From: Azolla caroliniana | Lineage: Eukaryota; Plantae; Polypodiophyta | Reading direction: 5' to 3' | NCBI GenBank assembly: GCA_043228905.1 | Contig: JBHGNT010000346.1 | Span: 1 to 32,777 of the forward strand | DNA: 32,777 nt | In this document: positions 31,801-32,777 of the stretch, piece after piece | Numbering within the stretch: position 1 is the stretch's first letter | How the letters are laid out: the number at the start of each line of letters is the position of its first letter | The notes under the pieces: model-generated | Databases searched by the model: none | What the model saw: the letters and a program-made list of their open reading frames with translations, nothing else | What the model was told of the DNA's origin: nothing | Translations under genes and position numbers: made by a program

Positions 31801-32777
31801 AAGATAACCATGATCCAAGTTATCATAGTAATATTATAATTCAAGATCTTCAATGACACAAACCTTATCTCAGCCTTGGTGTTTGAAGCTTCTGTCTGTA
31901 CAGTAGAATCTGGAATTGTATAGATCTGGCTCTCCTCGATACCATATATTGCATGGTTAGAAATGGTTCCCACTTGTCGCCGCTTCGTTACAAGAATGAG
32001 ATAGTATGATCCCAAAAATTTAATGCAACCTGTATTATTAACAATGTTAAGACAACTTAAACATTAAGAAACAAGGTAATATGATTCCAAAATGTTAACA
32101 TAACCTATATTGTTAGCTTTATTAGCCCAAGATTTTTCATTGAGGCACATGGATGAAGGTAAACGTTAAACATTAAGACATGAGAATCACAAAGGATGAT
32201 CCCAAAATTCTAACACCAGGTAGTCATCATAGCATTAGACACACATAATTGCAGTTTAGACATTATGGTAGAGGAAGAAATTAACACAGACACGCAACAC
32301 TTATTGACAAAAGAGTGACATTTGAACCTGCAATCCCAAAAGCTTTGGTGACAAATTTGAGACCACCCGTGGATTTGTTCCCATCACCAATTCGTTGCCG
32401 CAAATCATTGCATTCTTGTTCAGTATATACAACAGGGTCTTCGCTCATGTTTAATTCAAATGGCTCAGATCTATCAATTTTCAAGACTCTCCAATATCTC
32501 TTGCCTTTATCACTGCCAATCAAGTAGAACCTCTAGAATAGAAATTAAAAAATATATATTAGAACTCAAAAGTAAAATAACAAACACATAAATAAAGGAA
32601 AAAAAAAAGCGTGTGAGGACATTTTACTGACCGAAAATAAGACAATGAATAGATCAAATTTAAACATAAAAAACAGAATGGTAAGAAACATTTACCCATA
32701 AAACATGCTAAATTAAAGATTAAAAGTGTATATACTAACCTGTCTTGTTTCGTAAAGCCTGAATTTTTCCAAAGGTT
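16812..32777 (-). CDS. SAC1: SAC-domain phosphoinositide phosphatase, SAC1/FRA7 (FIG4-like) type, 5'-partial, 16 visible exons
   Basis: Minus-strand exons in transcript order: 32777-32740, 32532-32328, 32029-31864, 28627-28405, 26828-26752, 26671-26484, 26399-26302, 26175-26042, 25967-25833, 24885-24471 (alternative in-phase acceptor at 24870), 24364-24243, 24165-24052, 18109-17876, 17710-17522, 17250-17142, 17057-16812 (TGA). All phases join; about 896 aa visible. Motifs: [71 protein letters not shown], catalytic [12 protein letters not shown] (~24648-24683), [19 protein letters not shown], and the SAC1-type C-terminus [32 protein letters not shown]. Confidence 0.95.
18856..19310. repeat. 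Tandem duplication, 2 x ~220-238 bp, in SAC intron 12
   Basis: ctggaatatac.gatgaa...aagtcac.ttcatt.aaaggtcac...taggatggttg.tataag...tattaaaacagca..tcagtatcag...tgctaccca.catctgagcag...caactccc at 18856-19093 and 19094-19310; copy 2 has a ~20 bp deletion. Confidence 0.93.
20300..20580 (+). mobile_element. Old LINE ORF2 C-terminal fragment (same family as the copies below)
   Basis: 20507-20581 translates [23 protein letters not shown], matching the ..MEYEDQ..L.LFLLELK segment of the other copies. The left boundary is uncertain. Confidence 0.55.
20580..21690 (-). mobile_element. 5'-truncated decayed LINE (ORF2 C-terminus, 3' UTR, TTTC-type tail)
   Basis: Minus strand reads [14 protein letters not shown] (~21470-21530), [32 protein letters not shown] and [25 protein letters not shown]. 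20990-21240 is the reverse complement of ~29810-30060, and 20580-20766 is the reverse complement of the ~30312-30530 tail. Confidence 0.85.
21709..21791. repeat. Short direct repeat, 49 bp period
   Basis: caatcattgagactaaaagt.tctccac.tctg at 21709 and 21758. Confidence 0.85.
22218..22535. repeat. Tandem triplication, 3 x ~107-110 bp
   Basis: ag.tcaagata.ga..gaa.taac.gaata.ggc..acactttcta.ccttga.aagtg.acatgga...tgataca.aatg...tgt.a.aatggc starting at 22218, 22325 and 22435. Confidence 0.93.
22540..23000 (+). mobile_element. LINE fragment: APE endonuclease C-terminal part and linker
   Basis: [15 protein letters not shown]....FII....PDHAYL (22546-22680) matches the T....S.IDY...SDH motifs of APE endonucleases. 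TWYDEESR near 22877-22900 matches the W(F/Y)D.EC linker motif. Confidence 0.7.
23576..23793. repeat. 73 bp tandem repeat: two identical units and one diverged unit
   Basis: ggattttggctttgccttgagatatccatctgataacattaccctctcttcaactacaaaaggtcacctctgg at 23576 and 23649; diverged third unit from 23722. Confidence 0.95.
28684..28808 (+). mobile_element. Solo LINE 3' tail (or SINE-like derivative)
   Basis: tttagtt...tctcaaagatgagacaacatgttaagatgtaatctgttgtt...ggccattttgatctcctaaa...atatatcttccttc aligns by eye with the tails at ~30410-30534 and ~31648-31784. A shorter relic lies at ~23203-23257. Confidence 0.75.
28960..30534 (+). mobile_element. Decayed, internally deleted LINE (RT, CCHC C-terminus, 3' UTR, (TTTC)n tail)
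   Basis: RT remnants [30 protein letters not shown] and [37 protein letters not shown] (YADN at 29734-29745, the decayed YADD box). The C-terminal [26 protein letters not shown] and [17 protein letters not shown] follow directly; the tail ends aatatatctttctttctttc. Confidence 0.88.
30550..31784 (+). mobile_element. Further 5'-truncated LINE copy (ORF2 C-terminus, 3' region, (TTTC)n tail)
   Basis: [29 protein letters not shown] (30682-30738), [14 protein letters not shown] and QIFLELQKH. The tail at 31592-31784 is homologous to 30333-30534 and ends gctttctttctttctttc. The middle may be composite. Confidence 0.75.
31521..31592 (+). repeat. Inverted repeat / hairpin with 25 bp continuous stem
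   Basis: taaaggccatcgtcacccagtgtga (31526-31550) pairs with tcatgctgggtgatgatggccttta (31562-31586): 22 Watson-Crick and 3 G-U pairs on + strand RNA. One A-C mismatch and 2 G-C pairs then close a 5-nt loop; flanked by A5/T5. Confidence 0.92.

Overview
AT-rich, intron-containing land-plant nuclear DNA; a fern or other seed-free plant is plausible but is inference only. Three spliced genes were reconstructed by reading GT/AG sites and checking codon phase. (1) A vacuolar sorting receptor (VSR/BP-80 family, + strand, 5' end outside the window, 11 exons, 452-4312). (2) A complete 3-exon U-box/ARM E3 ligase of the PUB43/PUB44(SAUL1) type with an N-terminal extension (+, 9418-14551, 1000 aa). (3) A SAC1/FRA7 (FIG4-like) phosphoinositide phosphatase (-, 16812-32777, 16 exons, start just outside the window). 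The long SAC introns hold several decayed copies of one non-L1, RTEX-like LINE family with (TTTC)n tails, stacked head-to-tail and apparently nested. The most unusual signals are: a VSR transmembrane exon that begins with a copy of the upstream 5' splice site and is followed by a minisatellite built from its own exon end and donor; a 25-bp G-U-tolerant hairpin; a 189-bp G-box-rich tandem duplication upstream of the PUB gene; and telomere-like repeats just 3' of the SAC stop. No prokaryotic systems, CRISPR arrays, tRNA or rRNA were seen. TE boundaries are approximate.
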